Shown here: one piece after another, positions 1 to 13,879 of the stretch
How the letters are laid out: each line of letters opens with the position of its first letter
Numbering within the stretch: the stretch's first letter is position 1
Source of the DNA: Stegostoma tigrinum
Lineage: Eukaryota
Direction: 5' to 3'
Length of the DNA: 64,000 bases
NCBI RefSeq assembly: GCF_030684315.1
Contig: NC_081362.1
Coordinates: forward strand, 84,411,012 to 84,475,011
Notes under the pieces: generated by a model
Told to the model about the DNA's origin: nothing
The model's input: only the letters and a program-made list of their open reading frames with translations
The model's database searches: none
Translations under genes and position numbers: made by a program

Positions 1-1109
1 ACATCCACAACAGGAGACCACCACTACTTCTCCTTCATTGTGCACAGGCCCAAAGCCCCAGCCTAGCCTGCAGTACAATATGGCTGACTGGTCGAAATGG
101 TTATTTCACACAACATTTATTTGCTAGAAATTTTAATCCTATCAGAACATTAAGGTTTTTGCTGGAGCTACAAACAAATTTTCTATCCTAAACCTCCAAT
201 GAAAAGAGAACCTAGTGTTATATTTTTTAAACAAGAGAGAGATTCTTCTGTTTCCACCTCGAGCCTCCCACTATCTGGGCAACTTGATTATGAAGCAAAT
301 AGTGAGACTGGCTACTACTGATAGCTCAATTTTACAACCTCAGTAATACAAATCTATACCAGCAATAGGGCAACCAGAGAAAAATGACAGAGTTCATAAA
401 CACCTGCAATAAGAGAGAAGTAGTCTTTCATTCCTTCAAAGCTGCTCTGCTATTTAGTGCAATCATGGCTGATCATTCAACTCGGCACCTAGTCGTGCTT
501 TCTCCCCATGTTCTTTGATCCCTTTAGTCCTAAGAAACATACTTCTCTCTTTGAAAACATTCAAAGTCTTGGCCTCAACCACTTCTGTAGCACAAAATTC
601 CACAGGCCCACCGTTCTCTGGATGAAGAAACTTCTCCCTCAATCTTTAAGATGGAGAAGAATGAAGTATTTCAAAAAGGCACAAGCTCCGGGCCTTTACA
701 TGATAGTGCTGGGCGATGCTGTGTTAATCACATATTAGCAAGTAAATTTCTCAGAACTAAATGAGACTATTTTCCCCATGACAACATTTTTGGCCCTATA
801 TCCTCTCCATCACCAAGACTGCATACTTCCAACTCCAATAATGTTGTGGTGCCGATTGCTTCCTTAACCCATCAACAAATGAAACCTTCATCTTCACTGT
901 AGCCTCTACATTTTTGGTCACTTCCTATCCCCTCAGTTAGCTCAAAATGACAATTTCAATTTAAAAATACAGCACTCCCCAGCCAACGCAAATGGACAAT
1001 CACAATAGCCAGTTAAACAGTGAATAATGACCAAATAATTGAACCAAAGGTCCAAGACTTATGGATGACAGCCAGCTGAAAGCAGTGCCTAACTTGTAGT
1101 TGGAATACA

Positions 1110-1230
1110 TCTTGGAGCCCTCCCCTTGTGGCAGTGGTAGTATCTCTCCCCCTGGACCGGGAGGCCCAGATCAAGTCCCACCTGCTCCAAGGGTATGTAC
1201 TAACATCTCTGAACAGATTGATTAGAAAAA
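1110..1230 (+). mobile_element. tRNA-derived SINE fragment
   Basis: A/B-box-like head tggcagtggt...gatcaagtccca; related copy at 15190-15280. Confidence 0.5.
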
Positions 1231-1575
1231 ATAGGAGAAAAAGAGTTGAGTACATCTGCACCAAATAAATGACAACTGAATTTAAAGACAAAAAATTAGA
1301 ATTTGCTACAATGTGTGAAAATTTTGGTCTATTCAAAATTCGATTAGATCTCAAATTGCATTGAAAGATGATGCTCTAACTAGACTCTGCTCCTCAGTGC
1401 TGAAGTGTGCGGGTGGCTGGCCAGGGGATCATACTACTCTGAATCAGGAGTTAAAACACATGCTTAGGAATGAGAAAATAAAATCCAGTTTGAATGAAAT
1501 AGCCACTGGTCTAAATGCCTATGTCTAAGCTAACAGATGAAAAATGTAGGTAGGTTATTGGAAGAGTCAACATAC

Positions 1576-1750
1576 CTTAGAACAGGGCTGAAGATTGATT
1601 CACAAGAAACCCATGATAAAAGCTGGCTGTGAAATTCCTTCTGCCCATTCAATCAAAAACAATTATAAAGGGTTCAAAACGTTCTACTGTGTTGAACTAT
1701 TCCTGTACATGAAGTGCCACCAGCAGGAACTTTTTGTTCAGCATATCATC
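1576..1750 (-). other. Candidate 175-nt non-coding (UTR or poison) exon
   Basis: Acceptor taattttaag|G, donor TAAG|GTATGT; stops in all three frames. Confidence 0.4.
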
Positions 1751-3126
1751 CTTAAAATTACATAAACTGGTGAATCCAATGTCGCTTTCAAACACAAATC
1801 TTTTACAACTGATGCCAGTAGGCTTATTTAGTTGGACAGCAAGTACCAGTCATTGCAACCAGACCATGAATATATTTAACATAAGTATGCATACAAAAAC
1901 TGCAATTTTTTTATGCATGTGTATACATGCATGTAAAATTTTTGTTAAAATCTAACTTTGAAAAATAAAAAAAAATCAATGAAGCATTTATACATCTCTA
2001 CACTAATTAGGAAAATCAAAAAGTTCCTTAATATTTAAAACAGCAAAGCCAAAAATTACTTGCCCTCCAATACCTTAAATTTTTCATTTGCTATTCCCTT
2101 CAAATTCTAATATGGTCTAAGCCTTATAAATCAGCACACATATCCAATAGTGTGTTTTTCAGAGGTGTTCTCCTTTTAAATTCTCACCATTTTCAAATAG
2201 TTTAAAATTCACCGCTTGGACCAAATTTTGGCTCACAAGGATCAACTTCTCTGAATCAGCATTTTTATTTTTCTCTAAGCAACTACGAAGAGCCTTGAGA
2301 TTTTTGTCCATATTAAAAGATACCATTAAATATGGAAATTTCACATTGATTCTGAAGTTGATTTGCTTTATAACATTAAGTGGCATCAATTCTGAATAGA
2401 AATAAATCCAAATGATTAGAACCCAATTTTCACTCAAACACCTCGCTATGCCCAAAATATTTTCCATGCATCTGATCGGAATTTACAAATCAAGACTTCA
2501 GTATCAAATGTTCAATATTGCCTTCATTTGAATTCAAGCTTCTACCCAAACTTGACATTCGATCAACATGTTATCAGCTGGATGAAAAATTTTAAAAATT
2601 CAGATATGAAACATATCCAAGAGATTAATTTTCCACAGGTATCAAAGAAGTTATTTGGCCTCCATATTCCTTTGTTGAAAGCATATGGAAAATAATTGGT
2701 TAAAATGTATAATCCAAACTGAAATCCCAAATTATAATACCTCAAAATTACTACATTTTTAAAACCATGATTTTTCTTGAAATTCAATTTGCGTGCCAAC
2801 ACACAATATATTGTTGGGACATAAGGCAAGCTATTACAGAATCAAAGCTTCAGTCACTTTCAGTTATCATGGGTGAAGATTTATTGGGCCAGCAAGGACC
2901 GGTAGGGAAATCATGCCAGTTCCATAACGGTAATCCAATAGAATCAAATCTCCTTCAGGTAGTTTAAAGTGTCCACTGGCAGACAGTCACTGCAGTTAAG
3001 GTAACAACAATTCACAGTGGTTACATGGTCACTGTTAGGCAAGTTTTCCATTAAATCAGATGCTATAAATTTCACCATATGCCAGGTTGGATTCACACCC
3101 ATGTCTACAGCTCCTCCAGACAAACC

Positions 3127-3300
3127 TCAGGGGATCTCTCTCCCACTGCTCCATCTTCAATCCGCCTCCCCTCCTCTCCCCATTTATTTCAGGACCCTCT
3201 CATCCTCCCCCTTTTCTGAAGAAGGGTCTAGGTCCCAAAATGTCAGCTTTTGTGCTAAGATGCTGCTTGGCCTGTGTTCATTGAGCTCTACGCTCTTATC
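3127..3300 (+). mobile_element. PLE pLTR fragment
   Basis: Matches the pLTR, with decayed hammerhead ctgaagaagggtctaggtcccaaaatgtc. Confidence 0.8.
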
Positions 3301-4732
3301 TACAGAACACCAACCTGGTTTGCTGGATTACAAACCCATGACATTTTCACTACCTTCCCTAAAACCAAGCATCATCATTACTGTTTAAAAAAAGGTCTAA
3401 GAACTTAATTTGCATTCTATGTAAAAAAGTGTTTCAAGAAAGTAAACAATTTTTAACTCATACAGATCTGAGAGAAAAATTACAAAGATTGCATGGCAGA
3501 TAAACTTTGCTCAAAGTGGATTAATGTGGTTGAAATATGACTGCAGATAGGTAAAAAATATCCCCAAAACTACGCTGAGGTAAGGCACAGCCTTAAAAGT
3601 AAAAACTATGAAATGGAGGTATTAAAACATGAAGATCATTCACAAATTTTCATCAAGACAGTCACTGGGTCAGAGATAGACAGCATGGAAACAGACTTCT
3701 TTTCGGTCCAAGTCGCCCATGCAGACCAGATACCTACACGTATCTAGTCCCATTTGCCAGCTTTTGGCCCATATAAGTCTAAACCCTTCCTATTCGTATA
3801 TCTCCAAACGGGAAAAGAACTCTTTTTTTCTGCAGCATGGATTTGATTTTTGTTGCCTACATCTACATCCCTATTAGCTTAGGTGAACATGTCGAGATTT
3901 AACATTGGATCATAAGCAAAAGTAGTGATCTACTACCCAAACCATTCACCCAGCATTTCCAACTCAACTAAAATTAGAATCCAAGACTCAAAAAAGTCAA
4001 GGTCATGCACTAACCCATCGTCATTCATCTTTATCTGGACAGAAAACCAAAATATCACCATCCGGTATGCAAGACAGCAAACTCTGTAAACTCTGGAAGC
4101 AAGATATCTAACACTACAAGAAAATTTTCAAAACCACTAGGTGCATTGAGTGTGATTAATCATCCTTAATCCTGTAACATTCATAACTCAAATAGGAGTT
4201 AGCTAAATAAGAGAAACTAAAATATTTGCTGATTATAAAAAAAATTAAATATCTGCAAAGTCTGAACTCTACAGAGCCTTATGTAATTTTACGACTGCAA
4301 CACTAGTGAGCACAAGTAGGCCATTCAATCCATTGGTCTCCTCTGCCATTTAAATGAGACCCTGGCTGATAGCATAAATGAGTGAAGATTGACCTGTCAT
4401 TTTTAAACTGCTTGCCTTACACACGACCAGATTTAAAATAGCCTGATCCCTGGTTGGGTACGCAACATACTCTACTGGGGAACAGTACCAAATACACTAG
4501 GTCTCGTTCATGGCTACTTCTGCCAATGACTGTCCCAAACTCTAGAAAGACTAAAGTCACCCATGATTAATGTACAGCCTTTATCACATGCCTTCATTAT
4601 TTCCTAATTTACCTTGTCCCACTGTTTAGCTACTGCTAAGAGGCCATAAAACACTGACTTCTCCCCCCTTTTTATTCCTCATCTCCACCTATATGGATTT
4701 CAATTCTTCGGAGTCAAGATAATTTCTTGCTA

Positions 4733-5180
4733 GAGAACAGAGTGGAGCTGGATGAACACAGCAGGCCAAGCAGCATCTTAGCACAAAAGCTTACGTTTCA
4801 GGCCTAGACCCTTCATCAGAAAAGGGGGAGGGTGAGAGGGTTCTGAAATAAATAGGAAGAGAGAGGGAGGCGGAGGCAGATCGAAGATGGACAGAGGAGG
4901 AGATAGGTGGAGAGGAGACAAACAAGTTAAAGAGAGGCAGGGATGGAGCTAGAGGTGAGCGTAGGTGGGGAGGTAGGGACGGGATAGGTCAGTCCAGGGA
5001 GGACAGACAGGTCAAGGGGGTGGGATGAGGATGGCAGGTAGCAGGTGGGGGTGCGGCTTGAGGTGGGAGGAGGAGATAGGTGAGAGGAAGAACAGGTTGG
5101 GGAGGCAGGGACAAGCTGGGCTGGTTTTGGGATGCAGTAAGGGGAGGGTGATTTTTGAAGCTTGTGAAATCTACATTGGT
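4733..5180 (-). mobile_element. PLE pLTR (5'-truncated)
   Basis: Homologous to the other pLTRs; 14-bp TSD ataatttcttgcta at 4719-4732 and 5181-5194. Confidence 0.9.
4789..4822 (-). ncRNA. Minimal hammerhead ribozyme variant (GUA site)
   Basis: CUGAUGA-AGGGUCUAGGCCU-GAAACGUA. Confidence 0.65.
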
Positions 5181-5529
5181 ATAATTTCTTGCTATCTTGC
5201 TTATTCTATCCCATATTAATCCACACTACACTTTCCTTCCTGCTTGACCTTAAGGGTCAAATATCTGAATATTTTGTTTCCAGCTTTTATCTTCTGGCAA
5301 TCAAGTTTCCATAATAGCTATAGGATCATACCCATTAATTTGTACTTGTGCATTAATTTATATATTTGGTTCTAGAGTGTAGTCAAGTAAAGAGCCATTA
5401 TATTTTACCTATTTGCCATATTTTCCCCTTTTGACCTTTACATCTGTTTATCTCTGTTTCCCCTCTCCCTAAATCATCACCTCCAACTCGCCACTAGCCC
5501 CATTAGTAGTAAAGCTCTTTCTATACCTG

Positions 5530-5830
5530 TCCCAGTACGGTTCACCAGAATAGCTAACAGGCCCCATTAGCAGCCATTTGTTCTCCTAGGTTGACCATTA
5601 TCCACTCCCTTGTCTGTGGAACTGTTCTCTCTTTGGGCTCTACCTCAACACCCCCACCCTACCTTCTGCACAAAAAAACTGCTTCCGAGCTACCATCAGT
5701 TCTGAAGGAGGGTCGCTGGACCCGGAACATTGTCTGATTTCTCTCCACAGATGCTCCAGGGCAGCTAAACTTTTTTTAAAAAAAACACTGTCCTGGTTTC
5801 CGATTTCCAGCATCTGCAGTCAGTTTACTT
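5530..5830 (+). mobile_element. Old PLE 3' end/pLTR fragment
   Basis: Degenerate hammerhead ctgaaggagggtcgctggacccggaacatt and tail tccagcatctgcagt. Confidence 0.6.
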
Positions 5831-6699
5831 TTTTATTCACTCGAACAGCTCCTTTCTCCCCTCATACCAGTGCCACTGTCCCTGAACCAAAAGCCATTGT
5901 GGCCATTGCACTGATGTCACATTCCTCCGCCGCTGATAGACAGCTCAATTCACACCTTTCTTTTTAAAAGGGTTAACTCTTGATCTAGAGTGTTTACTTT
6001 ATGTAGTAAATCCTAGTTAAGGCACCTGTGCCTCCCTACGAACCAAAATTTCAAACAGCAAATCAGTTTACTTAGGCTTTATCTCACCCACCCATGTTTA
6101 CCCTTTCATTTCTTGAAATGAATTAGCAAGCAAAAGCTATAAAATCTAGTTTAATACATATACTTGCGAACCACAACTGGTTCCCATTAATCACAGAAAG
6201 CAAATTCATTCATATATCAGACAAGAAACTAGAGGTCAAAAAAAAGTCATCTTAAGCTAAACTGAGGTGTTATTTAAAGACTGACTTCATTTAATCACGG
6301 GATGTGGGTATTGCTGCCTAGTCTTCCATAATCATCCTTGAGAGCATGGTGGTTTGCTGCACTCTTGAACTGCAGCAATCCATGTGAGGTAATTATACCC
6401 AGAGTGCTCTTAGGGGCAGTCTTCCTTCTGGGATCTTAATTCAGAATTTTATCACTGTTCCATCATTGTCACAAAGTCTTTTCCCCAGGGTAGGATAGGC
6501 CAAAACCAAAGGGCATAGGTTTCTGGTGAGGGGGCACAATTTAAGAGATACCTGAGTTGCAACATTTTTGGCAGGGGATGTCTCTGGAATCAGCTGCCAA
6601 AGCAAGTGGAGGAGGCTGGTACAATTACAACATTTAGGAAACATCTGGATGAATACATGAATAGGAAAGAGTTAAAAAAGGTATGGGCCAAAAGGAATG

Positions 6700-9600
6700 C
6701 CACCTATGCCTAGTCTTATCCTTCTGGGCAGCATAGATCATGGGTTTGGAAGTTGCTGTCTAAGGTGCATCAGTGCAGTGCATCTTACAGATGTTGTGAA
6801 TCATGGCAATATCTATCAGTGATGAAGTGGGTGAATGTTGAGATATTGAATGGGATGTCAATCAAATGGACAACTTTCTTCTGGATTGTGCCAAACTGCA
6901 TTCATTCCAGACAAATGAAGAGGATTCCATCACGTTCCTTGACTTGTACTTTGTAAATGCTGAATAGATTGGAGGAGCCAGGTGACTTTTTGCCACAAAA
7001 TTTCCACCCTCTGCTCTGTTATGGTCAGAGTAATTATTTGACTGGTCCAGTTCCACTTCGAGGCAAGATAACCCCCAGAATGTTGACAGTAATTGATTCA
7101 ACCACAGTAATGCCTTTGAATGTCAAGTGGTAATGACTGGATTCTCACTGGGGAGAAAATGTTCATTGCCTGGCGCTGTGGTGAGAATATTACTTGACAC
7201 TTAATATCCTATCTTACCAAAGCAGTGCATCCAAATGCAGCATCTGATTAACAAATGACACTGAACATTATGCCATAATCAAAAGTTCCCAGCTCTCGCG
7301 TTATGATGAGGTTCTTCCTGAAGCAGCTGATGATTCAATCACCGACTTCATTCTCAAGGTTCGCAGGGACTCCTCAATTTCAGAATCAAATATTGCTTTA
7401 ATGTCAAGACAAGAATCACTGAGTTCTCCAGTATTTTGCATTAACACTTACTGCGAAGGAGGGTATGGAAGCTAGAGAACTTGGGGAAATAATTAGTGGT
7501 ACCTTGAAAAGTGTCCATGTTACAGGTGGTGGTGCTCCGTCTTAAACAGAAAGGTGGATAAATCCCCAGGACCTGATCAGGTGTACCACAGAACTTTGAG
7601 AAACTAAGAACGTGATTGCTGGGCCCCTTGCTGAGATATTTATCTTGATAGCCCTGGGTGAGGTACCAGAAGACTGGAGGTTGGCTAACCTGGTGCCATT
7701 ACTTAAAGTTGGTAAGGAAAAGCCAGGGGACAATACAGAGGTGAACCTGACAGTGGTGGGTAAGTTGTTGGAGAGGATTCTGAGGGACAGGATTTACACG
7801 TATGAAGACGACAAGGATTTATTGAGGATAGTCAACTTGGCTGTGTGGGGGGGAATAGTGAATCACTAACTTGATTGTCACTTGTTCAAAAAAAACTCAG
7901 AAGACTGATGAAGGCAAAGCTGTGGACACTGTCTACAGGGACTTCAGTAAGGTATTTGACAAGGTTCCACGTGGTAGGCTGGTTAGCAAGGTTAGATCAC
8001 ATGGACAACTAGACATTTCAATACAAAATTGGCTCAAAAGGTAGGAGACAGAGTGGTTGTGCAGGGTTGTTTGTTGGACTGGAGGCCTGTGCCCAGTGGT
8101 ATGCCACAAGGATCAGCACTAGGTCCACTGTTTTTTGTCATTTATATAAATGATCTGGATGTGAATAAAAGGAAGTATGGTTAGCAAATCTGCAGATGAC
8201 ACCAAAATAGGTGGTGCAGTGGACAGTGAGGAAAGTACAAAAGGACCTTAAGTCAAACGGGCCAAGGAGTGGTAGATGCAGTTTAGATTTAGATAAACGC
8301 ATAGTGCTGCATTTTGGTAAGGCAGATCATACTTATACACTTAATGGTAAGGTCCTGGGGATTGCTCCAAAACAAAGAGACTTTGGGGTGCGAGGTTTCA
8401 TAGTTTCTAGAAAGTGGAATTGCAGGCAGATAGGATAGTGAAGGTGGCATTTGGGATGCTTGCACTGACCAAGAAAGGCATCGAGTATAGGAACTGGGAG
8501 GTCATTTACAGCTGTACAGGACATTGCAGTTTTCCAAAAGTGGCCTAACCATTCAGTTCTGGTCTCCCTGCTACCAGAAAGATCTTGTGAAAGAATTCAG
8601 AAAAGATTTACAATGATGTTGCATCAAAGGTTGGATAGTTTGCGTAATGGGGAGGAGTTGAATAGACTGGGGCTTTCAAGGTTTCTAAAATCATGGCGAG
8701 GGTGAATAGAAGAGGCCTTTTCCCCAGGGCAGGGAAGTCTAAACCCAAAGGGCATAGATTTAAGATGAAAGCAGGAAGATTTAAAAGGGACCTAAGTAAG
8801 GGGCAACCTTTTCACACAGAGGGTAGTACATATATGGAATGAGCTGCCAAAGGTGGAGGATGAGGCTGGTACAATAGCACTTAAGACATCTAAGTGCGTA
8901 AATACACTGGAAGGGTTAAAGGAAGAGGGGCCAACGCTGACAAATGGAAATAAAGTAATCTAGGATATCTGGTTGGCATGGATGAGTTAGGAACTGTTTC
9001 CATGAAGTTCAGCTCTTATGCCCATGTTTAGACTTAAGTTGTGAAGAAGTCAAGGACCAAGTGAGCCTGCCAGAAACCAAACTGAGCATCAGGGAGCAGG
9101 TTATTATTTTGCAAGTGTCACTCAATAAGATAGTCAACACCACCAACCAACACTGCCGATGAATGACTTGTGCGGAAATTAGTCAGGTTGGACTTTCCAG
9201 CATTCTGTGGACAGGACATACTGAGTAATATTCCACCTTGCCCAGTTAATGCCAGTGTCATTGCTTTAATGGAGCAGCTTGGCTAAAGGCATTTGGTTTT
9301 GGAACATTAATCTTCAGGACTAAAATTGCCAGAAATGTCATCAGAGCCCATAGCCTGTGCAGCATCCAATGCCTTCAGTCATTTATGGATATCACATGGG
9401 TCAACTTTTTACCCTTTTATGCATCCACACGATGTGGGTACCACTGTCTAGGATAGTATTTATTGATCATCTCTAGATACCCTTGAGAAGGTGGTGGTGA
9501 GCTGCCTTTTCAAACCACTGTAATCCATTTGTTCTGGTTACATCCACAAAAACATCAGGGAGGGGGTTCCAAGACTCCAATCCATTTGCTATGCTTGGAA

Positions 9601-9950
9601 TCTCAGAAGGAGTCAGGAGTCAGATGGATTATCCACCCGAAAATGCTTCTAGATGTATAAACTTCATGTTTTGCTCACCCAACATTAAGGATGGGAGACA
9701 CGTCCTGAGAGTTTAATTTTCCATTATTTATGACTGACTATGGAGGGCTACAAAGCTCCAATCTGATCCGTGGGATGCGGGATCACTTAGCTTGTTCTAC
9801 TGCATGCTTACTATACTGTTTGGTACAGTGGTCATCCTTAGCTTCACTAGGTTGAAACAGTTTTAAGTGCACCTGGTGCTCCTGCGGGCATGTCCTCCTG
9901 CACCCTTTCCTGAACTTCACACTTTTCCAGACTGAAACAGTATTTGCCAC
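6700..9950 (-). mobile_element. Second-clade LINE fragments (6700-7330, 9030-9950) flanking the CR1 at 7430-9020
   Basis: KYKSRNVMESSSFVWNE; similarity to 51935-53160. Confidence 0.55.
7430..9020 (+). mobile_element. CR1 (HER1-like) LINE, decayed RT and 3' end
   Basis: GEVPEDWRLANLVPL, VVGKLLERILRDRIY, DFSKVFDKVP, PQGS-like and ADDTK motifs. Confidence 0.85.
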
Positions 9951-10454
9951 TATTCTTCCAGCCTGACCACCATCCCACAGATATACACCTGTGACAGATC
10001 AAACCGGTGATATCATTCTTTCTTCCTCATTACCCAATTAAAAAACCTTCTGTATTCAAATTGAAATCATTAATAAATGTGAACAGTGAGACATCCAATA
10101 CTGAACCTAGTGGAAACCGCCTCCCAGTTGTAAAAACGTCCAGACATTTTTAGATCAAAATTGTCAATTTTCATCGGATCTCATGAGCTTTCAATTTTCT
10201 GACTAGCCTGCCCATTTGTCTTAGACCACATCAAACCAGTACCTTCAGTTACCCTCCTGGTTGCCCCCTCAAATCAGGTTAGTCAGACAAATTTACATTT
10301 GTCCTTGATAAATCCATGCTTTTCTAAATAAAGAATGATACAGTCTCAAGGTTTTCCAAATAATTTTGCCATCACAGATTAAGGTTACTGATGTGCTTTG
10401 TGGTTTGCTGTGTTAGCCCTTGTAACGTATGCCACAGAGAATCAGGATGTAGGG

Positions 10455-10653
10455 GGTGCCAGTGTTGAACTGGGGTGGACAAGGTCAGAAATTACAACAC
10501 CAGGTTATAGTCCAACAGGTTTGCATAAAAACAATCTCTGTTCTTCTTCTGGTGTTAGTGAAGAAGGTGCTAGCGAAGGAGGACTGAAGCTCCGCAAGCT
10601 TACGTTTTCAAATAAGCCTGTTGACTATAACCTGGTGTCGTATGACTTCTGAC
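10455..10653. mobile_element. Same mini-element family, opposite orientation
   Basis: Arms 10484-10523 and 10613-10653; tail on the left. Confidence 0.7.
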
Positions 10654-11168
10654 GAAGTCAGGGTTTAAGACTTCACAACTTGAATTTATTCAGACTGATT
10701 ACACATCTACACTACCAAAGACTCACATATAATCTGGATTCTGCATTTACTAATCTTACAGTATATTGTATACACAAATAGCTGATGGGCTGTAGGCATT
10801 GGTTCCATTACTCCAAAAGTGCAATTGAGGGAAAGGCAAATTTTCACATCATTGAGATGTTCTGGGAGAAGTCTTAGAAAGGTACAGGCCTGTCTCGTTA
10901 AAGAGTGGGAACGCTTTTCCAATAAGATATGCAATGATGCAGATTAATTGTCTGCACATTCAGTGGTGGATGCATAGCTCAACCAGATCTAGTCCTTAGT
11001 TCTCAATTTAGTGGAATATGGTGCACCATTGACATACAAGGGTGCATATTATTGGTTAGAGATATTGTGTTTGTTATGTGGCATGACATCTCCAATATCC
11101 CTGTCATCATTCTTGTAAAAATGAGTGGCTGATATCCAATTCTGATTCATATCTACTTCTCCACATGA

Positions 11169-11394
11169 TGTCAGAAGTCACATGACCAGGTTATAATCCA
11201 ACAGGTTTGTTTGGAATCACAAGCTTTCAGAGCACAGCTTCGTCAGGTGAAATGCGAAGTGTGCTTCTCTCCACCTCACCTGAGGGAGTCGCATTCCAAA
11301 AGCTCGTGACTTTAAATAAACCTGTTGGACTATGACCTGATATCATATCATTTCTGACTTTGTCCACCCCAGTCCAACGCCAGCACCTCCACTT
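11169..11394. mobile_element. Non-autonomous palindromic PLE-type mini-element, second family
   Basis: Inverted arms with hammerhead-like cores (minus CUGACGA...GAAAGCUU at 11221-11246; decayed plus copy), one-sided tail, TSD cacatga at 11162-11168 and 11395-11401. Confidence 0.7.
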
Positions 11395-11759
11395 CACATG
11401 ACTAGACTACTGCTCATTACAACATATGACTTGTACAGACATAAGACATCTTTCCACAAATTCACATTCCAATGAAAATCCCTAATTTGTACGCTTTGAC
11501 CTGTTTCAAAAATGAGATAATGGTCTGCATGATCATTGATCATACTCTGATTCCATTTTCACAGCCCTAAAATTCTCAGCCCTGTGCCTGTGTGATGTCT
11601 TCACTGAAAGAGCAGCAATGACAACGTAAATACCAATATTAACTGGTAAGGCCTCTTTAGTATAATGAATTATTTTTTCTTTCACTGAATTGCATTTCCT
11701 GTAGAAATCAGTTCCTTGGATTGGAGCTGCTATTTTAGCACCTTTTAACTGCCTTTCTT

Positions 11760-13680
11760 AAAAGAAGGAAGGGAGGAGTAAGCAATTTAGGCCCTCAACC
11801 TACTCTGCGATTTGATACACCTCATCTCAGCCTCAACTCCACCTTCCTGCTTTTTCTCCATAACTCTTCAAAACATTAATTGAAAATCTATCTCCTCAAA
11901 AATTTACTGAATGCTCCAGTATTCACTGCACTCTTCGGTAGTGAATTCCACTGATCCACAATCCTTTGAAACAAGTAATTTCTCATCTGTTTTAAACCTG
12001 CTCCCCTTAGCCTAAAACTGGAACCTGTCATGCTAGTAGATGCAGCATGGATGCTTCCTCGTGTAGAGCAATCAAATTCAGCATCTTATTCACAATTAGA
12101 TCTCTTTCCAATCTTCTATACTCCAGAAAAATATAGGCCTAAACTGTTCAATCTCTATTTAAGAGAGGCCCTTCACCTCTAGAATCTACTGAGTCTTTTC
12201 TGACCTACCTCCATTACAACTACATCCCTCAAGTAACAGATTCAAAATTGTACACAACCATCCAGGTGCAATCTCACTAATGCTTCAGTTTCAGCAACAC
12301 TTTCCTACGTCTATAGTCTTCCTTTAGCAATAAATGCCAAAATTCTAATTATCTCCCTCTTTACCTGTTACATCCAGATACTAGCTCTCCTCAATTCACA
12401 CGAGGACACCCAGATCCCAGAATTCTAAAGGTTCCCTCCATCCTTTCCTTGACTAAAATGGTTAGCCTCTCATCTATATTAAACTTCATGTGCCAAATTT
12501 TGGCCCATTTACCTGACCTATACATTTATAAATTTATTTCTTCATGGCAACTTAAATTCACACCTATTTTAATGTCATGTGCAAATCTGGCTGAAGTACT
12601 TTCTATCCCCATATCCATATCATTCGTATACATTATAAATAGTTGGGGTCCCGAGAACTAAATTAGTCAGGTGACAGGTTATGTCCTGCCAACCAAAATC
12701 AGACCCACTTATCCTGACTGCCAGCTTTGTTGGTTAGCCAATCCTCCATCCAAGAGAGCAGGTTACCCTTAGCCTCACGTGATCTCTTTCCACATTAACC
12801 TTCTTTGTCACATCTTACCAAATGCTTCTGGAATTCCAGATATACTATAGCTACAGGATCCCCATTATCCATATCACCTGTTACATCTTCAAAAGAACTC
12901 TCGCCAACTAGTCAAATGTTTACTCTTCATAAAACCTTGATGTTCTGATATATTACATTTTGGCTTTTCAAATATCCTGTTATTACTGCCTTAATAATGG
13001 ATTCTAACAATTTCCAAATGACAAATCAAACTAACTGGTCTGTAGATTCCTACTCTCTCCTCCCTCCTTCTTTGAATAAGGATGTTATTAATTATTTTTC
13101 CAATCCCCTGGAACCTTTCCACATCAAAGGAATTTTTGAATACTGTAGCCATTGATTCACTACCTCTGAACACGCAGTCCTGTATGCCCTTCAATCCCAG
13201 TTTGCTCAGCACCTTCTCCCTAGAGGTGGTGGTCGCTTTAATTTGCTCCCTTTCTATAAACTCTGCATTACCATTCCAATACGAACAGGTAGTGTCGTCC
13301 ATCATGACAACTGAAGGTAAATACTGATTTAGTGACTCTACCATTTGTGTTCCCCAGTATTAACTCCCCAGTCATCCTCCAAGGGAGCAACATTCATTTT
13401 AGCTACTCTCTTCCTTTTCATATACTTGGAGGAACATTTGCTATCCGTTCTTACTGTTCGCACTAGTTTTCTTTCCAATTTATTTTTCCTCTTTTTATTG
13501 CTTTTTCTTGTAAATCTTTGATCTTTAAAAACTTAAATCTTCTAGGCTGCCACTCACCTCAGCAATAGGGTATGCTTTAGTGGTCGTCTTTATATTATCT
13601 TTAATTTCCTTAAAATTGGAGTTGTCCTGGGCTTCTGAGAAACAGCCAGTTTCTTTTTGCAAAAGAGCGGGAGATAGAAT
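11760..13680 (-). mobile_element. Old CR1 LINE fragments
   Basis: Degenerate YRPVSL and CR1-type 3' end; boundaries approximate. Confidence 0.65.
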
Positions 13681-13879
13681 ACGCACCTGTACTTCATCAT
13701 AGATTGCAGCCTTAAAGTTTTGATTGTAGTTGGAACTTCAATTCTAAACTCAAGAGGTCATGATTGACTATTGAAAAATGATTTTTCAACTACTATGCTG
13801 CTGTCACCGCTCTAGCCTTTGGCACCAATTTACTCAGGTTAACAGTCATGATAAGCTTTTAATGCCTACAAACAACCAT

